A DNA stretch of 64,000 nucleotides from Rhizophagus irregularis (Eukaryota): contig NC_089429.1 in the NCBI RefSeq assembly GCF_026210795.1, positions 7,254,001-7,318,000 of the forward strand, read 5' to 3'. This document shows, piece after piece, positions 14,550 through 27,799 of the stretch; within the stretch, counting starts at the first letter, position 1, and the number at the start of each line of letters is the position of its first letter. Made by a program: the position numbers and the translations under genes. Under the pieces are notes generated by a model. It did no database searches and was not told where the DNA came from. It saw only the letters and a program-made list of their open reading frames with translations.

Positions 14550-15747
14550 TAAAGCTCTGAATGGGTCAGTTTGGTCCGGATTATAGACGGTTCGGATTAG
14601 AGCTGAAATCCGTAAGAACCGAACCGAAAAACTGGCAGTTCGGTTCGGTTTAATCTGATTTTTATAAAAATGCGAAAAATCGAATAGCTAGCCATCTAGT
14701 GATCGTACAAAGTCGAGCCATATATCATTGGATTCGTCTCACTGAGACGCGTCGAATGGTGGTAAGATCATGTCTCTAGCATCGATAGATCACACGTTAA
14801 CTCACGCTAAATGATTTATAAATAATTGGAATTAGCAAGCTATCTATCGGTGCTAGAGGCATGATCTTAGCACCATTCGACGCGTCTCAGTGAGACGAAT
14901 CCAATGAATATAACTTCGTCCGTGTACGACCACTGGATGGCGAATAATATCAAGTTTCGCATTTTTTTAAAATTTTCGAGCATTAAAAATTAAAAATTCC
15001 GATACATGAATTTATTCGTCGTCCAATGGTCGTACAAATATGAATTAGGACTCATTGGATTCGTCTCGATGAGACTAGTCGAATGGTGGTAAGATCACGT
15101 CTCTAGCATCGATAGATAGCTTGCTAATGCCAATTTTTTATAAATTATTTAGCATGAATTAAAATACGATCTATTAATGCTAGAGACATGATCTCACCAC
15201 CATTCGACTCGTCTCATCGAGACGAATCTAATGAGTCCTAATTCATATTTGTACGACCATTGGACGACGAATAAATTCATGTATCGGAATTTTTAATTTT
15301 TAACGCTCAAAAATTTTAAAAAAATGCGAAACTTGATATTATTCGCCATCCAGTGGTCGTACACGAACGAATTTATATTCATTGGATTCGTCTCACTGAG
15401 ACGCGTCGAATGGTGCTAAGATCATGTCTCTAGCACCGATAGATAGCCTGCTAATTCCAATTATTTATAAATCATTTAGCGTGAGTTAACGTGTGATCTA
15501 TCGATGCTAGAGACATGATCTTACCACCATTCGACGCGTCTCGTCGAGACGAATCCAATGATATATGGTTGGACTTTGTACGATCACTAGATGGGCGGCT
15601 ATTCGATTTTTCGCATTTTATAAAAAATCGGATTAAACCGAACTGAACTGCCGGTTTTTTGGTTCTAATACCTGAACCGAACCGAACCGAATTTTGAGCC
15701 AGTTTCGGATCGGTTCCCCGGTTTAGCCCGAACTATTCGGAGCTTTA
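14550..15747. mobile_element. Non-autonomous hAT-like foldback element with six palindromic modules
   Basis: TIRs TAAAGCTC(T/C)GAAT, subterminal AACCG repeats, and an internal inverted repeat ~14620-15665 centred near 15144. No matching TSD; the right flank appears deleted. Confidence 0.75.
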
Positions 15748-16048
15748 ATAAACACGCTCGTGCTGTATTAACATCAATTCTGTTACGTGTTTGACTAAAT
15801 TGGTTTCTGCAATTGAAAAAAACTGTTCGTAAGGAACAGACGTTGACATTATAGCTAAGTAGTCCTTTGCCATTTTTGATAATGTTGGGTATTTAATAGA
15901 ATGGGTTTTCCACCATTCTAAAGGTACTATTTCATCACCTGGTGAGTTAGAAGTAAAATAAAGTTCCAATTCATTTGAAAAAAAAAACTCTCTCCTGCAT
16001 AAATCGATTTTCATAAGAATCCGCAGCAAAATAAAATTTACTAGAAAT

Positions 16049-18162
16049 ATGGGTATAACACCGTCAAGAGAAGACTTCGTAGCCCTAGAAGGATACGCAA
16101 AAAAAAGCGAAGAAGAGCGCAGAGCAATAATACAAAACGCGGGAATGGAAATAACCGATAACGACAAAGAGATAGCACAATTTTTGGGTTCGAAGACGAA
16201 ATACTAGGTTGTTTTATTAGGGGAATAATCACGATATGCTTAAGACACTTTAACAACCAAAGAACAAAAGAATTTAACGAATACATAGAAGATTACAAGA
16301 CAGCAACAAACGATATGATACAACAAAAAACTGTAGAAATGAACGAATGGGCCCGACTAAAAGAAGAACAATGGAACATCAAAGAAGAATATTATTTCAA
16401 AAATACATCGATAAAAGCGCACCAAATACAAACCGAACTAGGAGCGGTAGATAATGAAGACAGGATAAGGATAGAAAAACAGGAAAAAGAGAAAATTATG
16501 AATGAATGTAGAAAGATAACTATGAACAACCTCGACGAGAACAGCGACAAAGACGAAGAGATAATTCAACATACGTGGGAAATAGAAAGCAACACACCCA
16601 GTGAAGAATCATGGGACGAAGGGAAAATGAACCAAAAATACCACGTTTACAACAATGCATCACACCAGACAAATGAAAACACCAATAATACTTCGAGAAT
16701 GCAGGTCGAGAATAAAAATAGAAATTTTACAAAATCAAGAGACCAATCATTAACAATGGCGATCACTGCCGATCACAACATGGGAGAAAAATCTAATAAA
16801 AGTAAAGAGTCCGTGCATCAACCAAAATCGGAAAAAGATCTGAAATATTTCGCAGGACTTTTTACAGTCCAAATAAGGGATGGATAAACTGACCAATCGA
16901 TAATAGAATATCTCAACACCAATAAAATTTTAGAATATCACGTGAACACACTAGGTAGAACTACTCATCACGGCAACGAATACACGTACTTAGGCTTTTT
17001 CACAGAAGCAGCGAAAAACGATTTTATAAACGACGGAAGAATATTGGGAACGATAGGAAAATTCAGAGATCTAGAATGGTTAAATAAATTGAACAAAACA
17101 ATCATCATATCAGCAACCGGAATAGACGGAGAAAACACAGATATCAACGAAGTTATCCAAGCAATAGAAGACAAATTAGGTAAACTCAAAAACATAACAC
17201 AAAAAACAGGAAATGGAAAATGGATAAGTATGAAACTAGAAATGGACATTAAATGTACAGAGGACGAACTATTTAACACCTGGGGAGTCCTAGTCAAAAA
17301 CAAAATGATAAAAATCGAACCAATGAATTACAAACATCATATAACCAAACAACGAGGAAGAATTATGGCGGAAATACTCGATATACCTAACGAAATCGAT
17401 GAAACAACATTCTCAAAAATACTTAAAACTACCAACGCAAGATATTGGTTCAAAACCAACAACAGGATGAAAGGAACATATAACATGAAGATATACTTCA
17501 ACAACGATGAAGACAGAAAACAAGCAATTAACAAAAAAATCAAAATCGACGGAAAGATTTTTACTTGGTTTTTTCGGACTGGACCGGGAAGACAGAATAA
17601 TTTTCGTAATGAAAGAAGAAATGATAATGGATTTGGCAAACGATTTCAACAAGAAATGTACGATGGAAAAAAGACCGGAAGATCCAGATGTAATATATGC
17701 AAAAGGAATAACCACATCACAGACGAATGTTATTTCAACAATAGAAACAGAACACATGAAAACAGAAGAAACTGGAACGACAACTGGAATGAAACATATA
17801 GACATAGAAAAGGTAGATACGACAATGAAGGAAAGTTCAGATATGACACGCAACAACAACAATTCAGTGATCACGACGACAACAGATACAACGCCTACAC
17901 CAACAGAGGAAAACAAATACACTCAAGAAGAAGATTCAACGACAACATTAACAGAGAAAATGGCAGAGATGAGACTAGAGGAAACCGACAAAGTTTTTAC
18001 CACCAACAACAAAGATATAATGGATACAATAACCATAACAACAACGGTCACAACACAGAGAGATACAACGAGAATGGAAAGAACAACTACAACGGATACA
18101 ACAGAGATTGGAATGAAGGAAACAGTTCCAATGATAGGCGTCGAATGGCTAGACGCTATTGA
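16049..18162 (+). pseudogene. LINE ORF1 (gag-like nucleic-acid-binding protein), disrupted
   Basis: ATG at 16049, frameshift near 16185, in-frame TAA at 16885-16887 between same-frame ORFs 16315 and 16942. Zinc knuckle CNICKRNNHITDEC and an N/R/G-rich tail. Confidence 0.8.
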
Positions 18163-21100
18163 CTGGCAACTATACCAAAACACAACAACAGAAGAAGAAA
18201 ATGAAGAAAAAAGAGGCGTAGGTGAAGAAAATTTAAAAGAGAACGAAGAGGAAAACATCACAACAAATAAAACAAAAAAAGGAAAAACTTACATAAAACA
18301 AAAACAACAAGAAAATAATAAGAAAAAAGAAAAACATAACAAACTAAAAATAGGTTGTATAAACGTAAGGGGATGAACGATACAAAAAAACAAGGCGATA
18401 TAAGAAAATTTTTATCAAAAGAAAACTGGGATATAGCAATAATTAATGAAACTAAACTAAAAGAAGCAAAAGGTAAATATATATACAATGGCTGGGATAA
18501 ATATAAATGCATTAACAGTAGCTACAACAACGAAAACAACAAGAATGGAATAATAATAATGATAAGAAGAGATATCTACGATAGAGGATATAAGATAGAA
18601 ACAATCAACGGTCACGTGATTAAATTCGACTTATTATTCAAAGGAAATCAGAAAAACATAAGAATCATAGGAATATATAATCCAAATAACGACAAACCAA
18701 CTACGAATAACATAGAAAAACATTTGGCAAAATGGATGAACGAAGCAATAAACCTAGAATATGAAACGATAATTTTGGGAGATTTCAATGAATCAGCCAA
18801 TAACAAGAAAAAATTAAAACCGTTAACAAACACAATCAAGAATCATGGCTTACAAGACATTCACGAAAGTTTAACAGTAGCGGAAGATAGACTAGACACT
18901 TGGAAGAGTGGAGACAATTCATCCAGGATAGATTTTATTTTCGCAAGCGAAGGCTTTCAAGAAAGTATTATAAGTCATGAGATACTAGAAATAGAAGACT
19001 TCGACACAGATCACAAAGCACTAACAGTTAAAATAGAAATTAAAGAAAAATTAGGAATAAACAAACCCGGATTTATGAAAGAAATAAAAAAGGAAATAAG
19101 ACACATAAAATTAGAACAAGAAGATTGGAAAGAAATAGCAGAAGAAGTAGAAACAAGATTAGAAACGTTAGACCAGAATACAACACAACATTTAAATCGA
19201 GAAATGATATGGAAAACGATAGTAGATATATACGACGAAGAAAAAAATAGACAACTAATTAAAATCAGAAAAAGAAAAGAAGATTCAAAAAAAGAAAGAG
19301 ACGAAAGTTTAATGAAAACAAACGAAGAAAGATTAGAGGAATTAATCACAGAATACGAAAACTTAGAAAAAATTGATACGATAGAACATGGAATCAGTAA
19401 GATAACAGATAAAGTTATAAAGAAATTATGGCAAGATAGAAAAGCCTTTCAATACAAATATAATTTCAAAGAATTCGAAGAAACAATAATAATAGAGCAA
19501 TGGGGAACAACGGACACAGGTAAACACAACGCGGTAAAACTAGGAAAATTAATCAACATACATGATAGACTCGAAAAAAACATTGAATACGGAATCACGA
19601 TAGATAAACTAAGAAAATATAGAAACCGCAAAGAGTTAAAAGAAAGAAGAACAAAAAGAGCAGAAATTATGAGAAGCCTATATGTGGAAATTAATAGCCT
19701 GAACATAGAAATAAACATAAGAAAACGCGAAACGTACCTAGAAGAAGACATAGGAAAAATGTTAAATAGAATTTTAGAAAAAAAGAGAGAGAAAATTAAT
19801 ATGACAGGATTAGTAATAAAAGAGAATGGAAGAATCACGATAGAAAAAGACAAAAAAAAGATAAAGGATAAAGTATTAAAACATAACAAAGATTGGACAA
19901 AGAAAAGAGAAATAGACCTAGATGAACTAGAATATGATCCGGAGTGGAGAGAGATCTATACACCTAATGAAGATATAAACGAAAATATTTACAAAAATCT
20001 AATGACACCGATAAGGATGGAAGAACTAGAAAGGGTATTACAAAACCTAAAAACAAATAAAGCACCAGGATCAAGTGGTATAACTTACGACTTTTGGAAG
20101 AAAAGCGGAAACCTAACGAGGAATTTATTATTAAACATCTTTAACGACAGCATGGCCAAAGAGAACGTAACGGATGAATGGAAAAAAGGATTTATATATC
20201 CGATAAATAAAACTTCACGTTCAAATTGGAATCAAGATTTAAACTTGACGAGACCGATAGTGCTCTTAGAAACGGCAAGAAAAATTTGGTTTAAAATATT
20301 GGTAAATAGATTAGGCGAAATTTTAACAAAAGAACAGATTTTGACAAATACGAATTTTGCAGCACTAAAAAACGAAAGCACCCTAGAGCCAATAAAAATC
20401 ATCCAAGCAATAATAGAAGACGCTAATAATTACAAAAAAGAAGCATGGATACTATTGATGGATATATCCAAAGCTTACGATTCAGTAAACACAACAATGC
20501 TAAAAAGAAGCCTGGAAAGAATTAAACTGCCACCAAATTTTATTAACATAGTTATGGACGTCAATTTAAATAGATTTAATAGGGTGCTAGTAAACAACGA
20601 ACTTACAGATGAATACCATGTAGAAGACGGTATCGACCAAGGCGAAGTATGGTCACCGATACTGTGGAGAATTTTTTATGACCCGCTTTTAAGTAGATTA
20701 AATGAAATGAAAGAGGAGACAGGTTACAACTTTTACGAGGAAAAATTAATCGATAATAATAAAAAAGATAAAGAAATACTTGAAATATCGATTAACGTTA
20801 CGGCATTTATGGACGATACAACGCTTATCAGCAAAAATAAAAAACAATTAGAAAAAATGATTGAGATATGTCATCAATTTTTTAATATAAATGACATAAA
20901 AGCAAACGTATCGAAATATGAACTTATAAAAATAAATAATGATAAAGAAGAACTTTTAATTAAAGGAGAATCAATCACAAAAACAAATAGTGAAGAAGGT
21001 AATCGTTACTTAGGAATATTTTTTAGATACGACAACAAAAGAGAAATATATAAAAAGAAAATAACATCAATAATCAATAACGCCTGCAATATATTTAATT

Positions 21101-23848
21101 GGAAAAGATTAAACGAAAAACAAATCATAGCGGTTTGGAATATAGTTATTATACCAAGGATAGAGTATCAGCTGGCAGCCATAGTCCTAAAGAAATGGGA
21201 ATGTGAGAAATTGATGACAAGAATAAATATGATAATCAAAAAAAGAGCTGGCCTAGCAAGATCAACTCCAAATTTTATAATTTATGATAAAGACATTTTA
21301 GGTATAAAACATATTTACGACTTACAGATGGAAATGATATGTAAGAATTTGCTTTATCAGGCGAATGGAAATTACAAATTACAAATTTTATTTAAAATCA
21401 AAATGATCCAAGAACAGAAAAATATATGGACTTCGAGATGTCCCGGAGAAATAGAAATAACAAATTACAGGAAAAATAATTGGATCATATCAGCTCTAAA
21501 GGCGTTAAATAACGAAAAAAATTAAAATATGTAATCATGAAATAAAAGATTTTAGAGAAAGCCATAGAATCAAAGGAGGAAAGACTGACCTAATTGATTT
21601 AATGGAGTGTAAGGATTTTATAACAAGTACTCAATCAAGAAAAACAAAAAAAATAATGTTTTTAGAAGACATCCTAGAGGCGGACGGTATCACTTTACTA
21701 AAATGGAAGCATTTATGTAAAGAAAGAGGAAAGAACACGAAAGGAAAATCGCCTAAATGGTTTAAAAAATTAGAATTGAAACTAATAGCAGACGAAAGTG
21801 GACAAGTAAGAAAAATAAGAAACGAGTTTATAGGACAAGCACAAAAAGAAAATATTCACATAAACTATTTTGATGAAGATGAAAAATCGGACAAAAATAG
21901 TATTGTAACTTGGAACGACTACGGAGAATACCCGATATTTAGTATTAATAAAAAAAAATCGCAGAGTAAGAAATACAAAAGAATAGGAATACATTTAGAA
22001 CTAGACGGAGATAGTTATGATCTAAACAATTCGCCTCAACTGAAGAAATGTCAAGGATGTTTTAGAAACATTAGTAAAAAAAAGGGGAGCAACGAATGTC
22101 TAATATACATAGAAAACGAAATCTGTAGAAATTTAGATAGAAGAAAAGAAGAAGACTATATTAAACCGTACGAAACTCTAAATAATATTATAAAAAAGAA
22201 TGAATGGTTACGAACGTATACAAAAGAAGATAAAAAAGATGAGTCATTTAACAAAAAAATAGAATTAATCGACAAAATAATTAACACGAATGACAAAAAT
22301 TTTCTGGATATAATCAAAAACAGTATTTTCGAAGAAGAAGATAATTTGATTTCGATTACAAAACGAAGATTTTGTTTACTAATTAATACAAACAAAAAGA
22401 AATGGGAAATTAACAATAAAGGTAAAAGAGTTTATCGATATAATGTAGTATGGAAAATATTTGAACTGAATTACGAAGGAAAAGAGAGCGAGGAAGTGAT
22501 CCTACTAGCGAGCTATGAATGTAATTACGAAAACGAATTCAAAATTATTCTTAGATGTATAATTCTAGGAATTATGATAATAAGTGAGAATAGCGAATTA
22601 ATTTTAGGAATAAACGAGAAAGTCAATAGACTAATAATTGAATTTACTAATAATTTTAGTAATAGGAAGAAAATAGATAGTGATTACTATTTAGAGCTTT
22701 TATTTTTAGAAAACTTTTTAGAAACAAATAATATTGAATTAATCGAAGGTAAAGAGAAAATACAGAGAATCATAAAAGAAAAAAGAAAAGAGATGCAGGA
22801 AATGTTAAAGAACAATAAGATAGTAGATAAGATAAAATATAATTTTGAATTAATAGACGAAGGTTTAATTACGAATGAATATAATTTAATTTGGAATAAC
22901 AAATTAATAACAGGAGGATTCCGAGTTTGGAGGAAAGCAGTGACATTAGCAATTTGGAAAAATGAAATTTTAAACAGCGAGAGGTTAGAAGATCTATTTA
23001 TGTACAATTATAGAAACGAATTTGACTGGATCGCAAGTCTTGAATTTATTAGTAATAGAGTTAAATTTTCGCAAAGACAATGTGGTGATAGAGACACAAT
23101 TGAACGCTCATACAGAATCAAAAATTTACTTAAAGAATTGCCCACATATAACACTTTATTTAAAAAAAACACGAACAAAATTGATACAGATAAATGTATA
23201 AGATGTGGGAAAATCTTCACAGAAGATTGGGAACACATATGGATATGTGAAGATAACGATATATCAATTGATGAAATCATACGAGAATCACCATATAATT
23301 TCGAAAAAGTTTTGGATAACTCTAACCAAACCGAAGAACTAGATATCTTAAGAAACTACAATTGTGAATTTATTAATATAATAGAAAGTCCTTCAAATAT
23401 TTTGTTGGGGAAAAGCAGAAAATGGGAATTACTAAGAGGGATTTATAATAATAAATTCAATGATTTATCTAAAGAGAAAAAAATTAAAGATCTAATCAAA
23501 AAGCTTTGGATGTTCACGTATGACGAGATTAAGAAACGAATATGGATACCACGATGCGAAGAAATTAAAAGATTAGAAGAAAGAGAACAAATTAAAAAAA
23601 TAGATCTTAGAAGGAGAAGAGCCGCAAACGATGATATAGTAGAAGATGAAATCGACAAGGATATATTACCAGGAAAAATGAAAAAACAAAAAACAAAAGA
23701 AAATTTAGTTAAAAAAGAAAAAAATACAAATATAAATAGACAAATTAGCTTAGTAACGTTAGACAAATTGAAAGGATTAATCACAGAAGGTATTAATATA
23801 GCTAAATCTTGGAATTCAACAATTAAATTAACGAACGCTCTAGTTTAG
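18113..23848 (+). pseudogene. LINE ORF2: APE endonuclease, reverse transcriptase, degenerate RNase H-like region, C-terminal zinc finger
   Basis: Endonuclease motifs IGCINVRG, INETKL, GDFNE, RIDFIF, TDHKAL. RT motifs KAPG, DISKAYDSV, QGEVWSP, FMDD. C-terminal CIRC..EDWEHIWIC. Two 1-nt frameshifts near 18373 and 21520; start codon uncertain. Confidence 0.9.
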
Positions 23849-25203
23849 ATTTAGTTTAGCGATATTTAGATATAGCGTGAAATTTTTATTATGATTTTTA
23901 CGATAGATTTAGGTGATTTAGGTATAGTTCGATAAATACTTAGTTATAGGGTTTGAATTTTTCAAGCTCTAGGTGTTTACTTTTTAATTATGTAATTTAT
24001 TGTATAAATTCAAATAATTAATAAACGCGTTACTATTTAAAAAAAAAAAAAAAAAAAAAAAAGTTCCAATTCATTTAAAACAGGCTGTGGAGTTTAATTT
24101 GGTGCTATTAAATTGCGAAAAAAATTTCTTGTTTCAATTGCCGATAAATTCATTAAATGACGCTGAGAAGTCTGAATGGGTTGAGATAGTATATGAGTAT
24201 CATCAGATTCTCTATAATTGGTTATTGCTCTACGAATTGGTTTAAAAATATTATTTTGAGACATATCACCATATGCTAATTTTTTATAATGGAAATCAAA
24301 AAAGGCTGGAACATGTAATACCTTACTTATTTCATCAAAATAATTTGTAAAAACATAGTTCATTTCATCTACTTGGTCTTGTAAAATAAAATTTTCACCT
24401 CGAGATTGATTTAAATGCATTCTAATACCTTTAAAAAATAATTTAACTTCACCAATAGTTGGATAACTAAAAGCAGATATCACTCTTGTTACTGATGCAA
24501 AAGGAGCTAATAAGTCTGCTAAAATGGTAAGTATATTCCATTCTTCTTCATTTGGTCAATTATTTGATAATGATGTAAGATTTGATACTAAATGAGCCAA
24601 AAGAGGTTTAATTTCTAATGCTCGATCTATTATATAGAATGTATAGTTCCATCTTGTAGTACAATCTGGAAGTGGTACTTTAAATTTAATTTTTTCAACT
24701 TGAAAAAACTCCTTTAATTTATCCATTTATTTAGGTGAATTTCTTACTGTACTAATAAATATATGCAATTTTTTGACACAATTAAGAACTATACTTGTAT
24801 TAAGTGCTGCTTTAACAGCAAAGTTTAAAATATGTGTTGTACAGCGATAGTGGCAAAATTCTGATAAATTAAGATTTTCTTTAATCAGTCAAGTCGCAGC
24901 TAACATCTTTACTTCATTGTCACTAGTAATTCCAATTAATCGATTTGCAATATTTAATTCTGAAACAATTTTGATAATAGAATCTTTAATTGCTAAAGCT
25001 GTGTGTGGTGAAGGAATATACAATACATCTAATACAAAGTAATCAAACTGCCAATCATCTTTTATAAAATGAATTGTTACTGCCAAAATACCTAATGAAC
25101 TAATTGTTGTCCACATATCCATTGTTAACGAAATTTTGGAAGTTGAAAGTTGAAGGTAGTTTTTTATTTGAATTTGTGCATTTTTAAACTTTTTCATTAT
25201 CAT

Positions 25204-25447
25204 TAAGGTTGCTTGCCGAAACCTAGGGGTTTAGGCAAGATGGCGTTTTGCCGAAAAGCGAAATTCTGCCAAAACTATATTAAAGTTATATTAAAAAACT
25301 GGCGAAACTTTGGAGAAAGGCAAAACTGCCGAAACTTATTATAAATGCCAAAACTGCTGAAACTCTGACAAAACTATAATAAATCTATAGTAAAATTTTG
25401 ACAAAACTAATCGTAGGATTTTGAAGAGGTTTAGACAAGTAACCTTA
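25204..25447. mobile_element. hAT-type MITE
   Basis: TIR TAAGGTT(G/A)CTTG, 8-bp TSD ATTATCAT at 25196-25203 and 25448-25455, internal GCCGAAA repeats. Interrupts the hAT-B transposase. Confidence 0.9.
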
Positions 25448-27799
25448 ATTATCATAGTATCTTTTATTATGTGTCGAGATGAAATTTTGTATTTTAGTTG
25501 AATAGATGTTATAAATTTTTTAAAACTTTGATTTTCAACAATGGTAAATGGTTGCTGGTCTGTGATAATCCAATTAACAAAAAATTATGCTTTTCTTGTT
25601 GTATATCAACTGTCCAGAGTTTTGCATTAGATTCAACTTGACCTAAGTCTTTATATACATCAAAATGTTTAGCTTTTAAATGATGTTCGAGAGTTGTAGT
25701 AGAATTGTTTGCAGAGAAATGGCCTTCACAAATATGATATAAAATATAAGTTTCAGTTTGTTCATCATCTTTTTCAATTGTCTTTTTTTCAAAATGTTTC
25801 CAAATTCGAGCTTATCTTAATTCTTTAGATCTAATACTAGAAGTTTCAGTTTCAGTTTCAGTAATTTCAGTTCCTCTTTCAGCCATTTCTGTTGTCATTT
25901 CACTATCTCTTTTTTCATATTTCTCATCTTCATAATCAATAAAAATTTGATCTTCTATAAAGGATTCATATGGAATAGAGTTGTAATTATCCTCTTATTC
26001 TTGCTCTTCAGCCATAATTCAAAAAAAGAAAAAAAAAATTTAATAAAAAAAATTGCGATGGGAAAAATTTTTTAACTACTGTGCAAGTTTAAACACAGTG
26101 ATGCATTTTTGCATAAATACAACTAGTTTTATCATGCTTAACTCATATTTAGCTAAAAGGTTATGATTACCAAGTGTTTGATTAAACGAAAATGATCATA
26201 TGATTGTCACTAATACAATAATAGTAAGTGCATGACATATGTGATGATCATAAATCCAGGTGATTTGTAAAAAAAAATTTATATTAAAAATCATTCCAAT
26301 TAGTGTTCATTTATAAAACAAGGCTATTCCTAATAAAATTAAGGAAGAAAATCTTTTTTTATTTGCAAAAAAAAGAAAAAAGACTGATCAGTCTTAAAAA
26401 AACTGCAATCCTTAAAAAGACTGATGGTCTTATTATATGTGATACAGACTAAAAGACCATAGTCCTACACTAAGATGAACCAGTCCGTCTTTTTATGATG
26501 TAGGACCATAGGACCACGGTCTTCTAGGACCGATAACCATCTTTATATAATATATAATTAATAAATAATGATTATTGTCACATAAATTATGATTTAAGTT
26601 CTTTGTGAAAAAAAATTTCATTAAAATAACTTCATTTTTCATAAAATTAGATGAAAACTAAATTTTCAGTAAAATTGCAGCCAAATTTGCTTGCAATGTT
26701 TTACCATTTAAGGGATAATTGTATAATTTATAATAAAATTTGAACTTATATGATGATTTTGTATAAAACTTCTAATAAAATTAGGTGTATAAAGTTATAT
26801 TAAAATTTTAGATCTGGATCTGATTTGTATATATATTCTTTGAGATCCTGCTGTGACTGATGCTTATTTTTTAATATGTATAAATGTATAATATCAATTC
26901 AATACTTTAGCATTAATTATAAATTATTAAGATGATGCTATAGCTTTTTTTATCAAATTTAATATTTAAATCATAAGAAAATACAGCTAAATATTTGAAA
27001 GATTCCTATATTTTTATCTTTTAGAATAAGTAATTATTTAATATTTAAATAGAAATATTATTTGATTTATTAATATTATTATATTCTTGTATTATATACT
27101 TTATTAGTTATTATTTAATATTTTAACATTTGAAGAATCAACCAAAATCCATATAATCATTAATAGATTTATAATCATATATAGTACCAGAAATTAATTT
27201 AACGAAAAAATAAAATTAAATTTAGATTTTTATAAGGGTTTTGTTTTTTATCGCACCTGCGTTATGTCGCACTCCTATAATATGTTACATATAAAAGTCA
27301 AAAATAACATTCTAAATCCCTTTTGTTATATTATAGAGCGGTCAAAAATACGCATAGTATAAGATTTCTTATAATACGTAGTAAGTGCATAGCATAGCGG
27401 ACATCCCTATTTTATCACAATTTTGCCGATCATTTGCCGATCATTTGTTGATCACTATTTTATCATATCACATTTAATATTAGATTTTTTTTAAAGTTAA
27501 TCTCAGTTATCTCAGCATCCAGTGATCAGAATTTTATGATTTTTAGCTTGTTAGAAAACTTAGAACTTGATGAATCCGATCATCTTTATTTTACAAAATT
27601 TGGAGTTATATATCTTGAGATATTTGCATTCGGAATCTTCTAATTATTTTATTATATAATTTATCTTATTAGTTGGAGTAATTATACAATTATAATTCAT
27701 TAATTTTCATTAATCAAAATAAAATATTAATTTTTATTATTAAAAAATTTCAATAAAGTGACTTTTGCAATTTAATAAAAATTATTATATTAATACTAA

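Larger units (their letters stand above)
15977..24059 (+). mobile_element. Full-length L1-like non-LTR retrotransposon (~8.1 kb)
   Basis: 17-bp TSD AAAGTTCCAATTCATTT at 15960-15976 and 24060-24076, AATAAA followed by poly(A) from 24039, and ORF1 plus ORF2. The empty site is visible in the other family-B copy near 39425-39450. Confidence 0.95.
15748..26545 (-). mobile_element. hAT family B, degraded copy interrupted by a LINE and a MITE, 3' end lost
   Basis: Homologous to 37209-39660. 5' TIR ends at 26545. Transposase pieces lie at 15748-15976 and 24060-26015 with stops. Confidence 0.9.

Noticed and set aside
14700..15620. CRISPR-like appearance of regularly spaced palindromes
   Set aside because: Repeats alternate in orientation, the intervening sequences are themselves repeated, no cas genes are present, and the context is eukaryotic.
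16968..23784. Many hydrophobic minus-strand ORFs
   Set aside because: Antisense shadows of the A-rich LINE coding strand.
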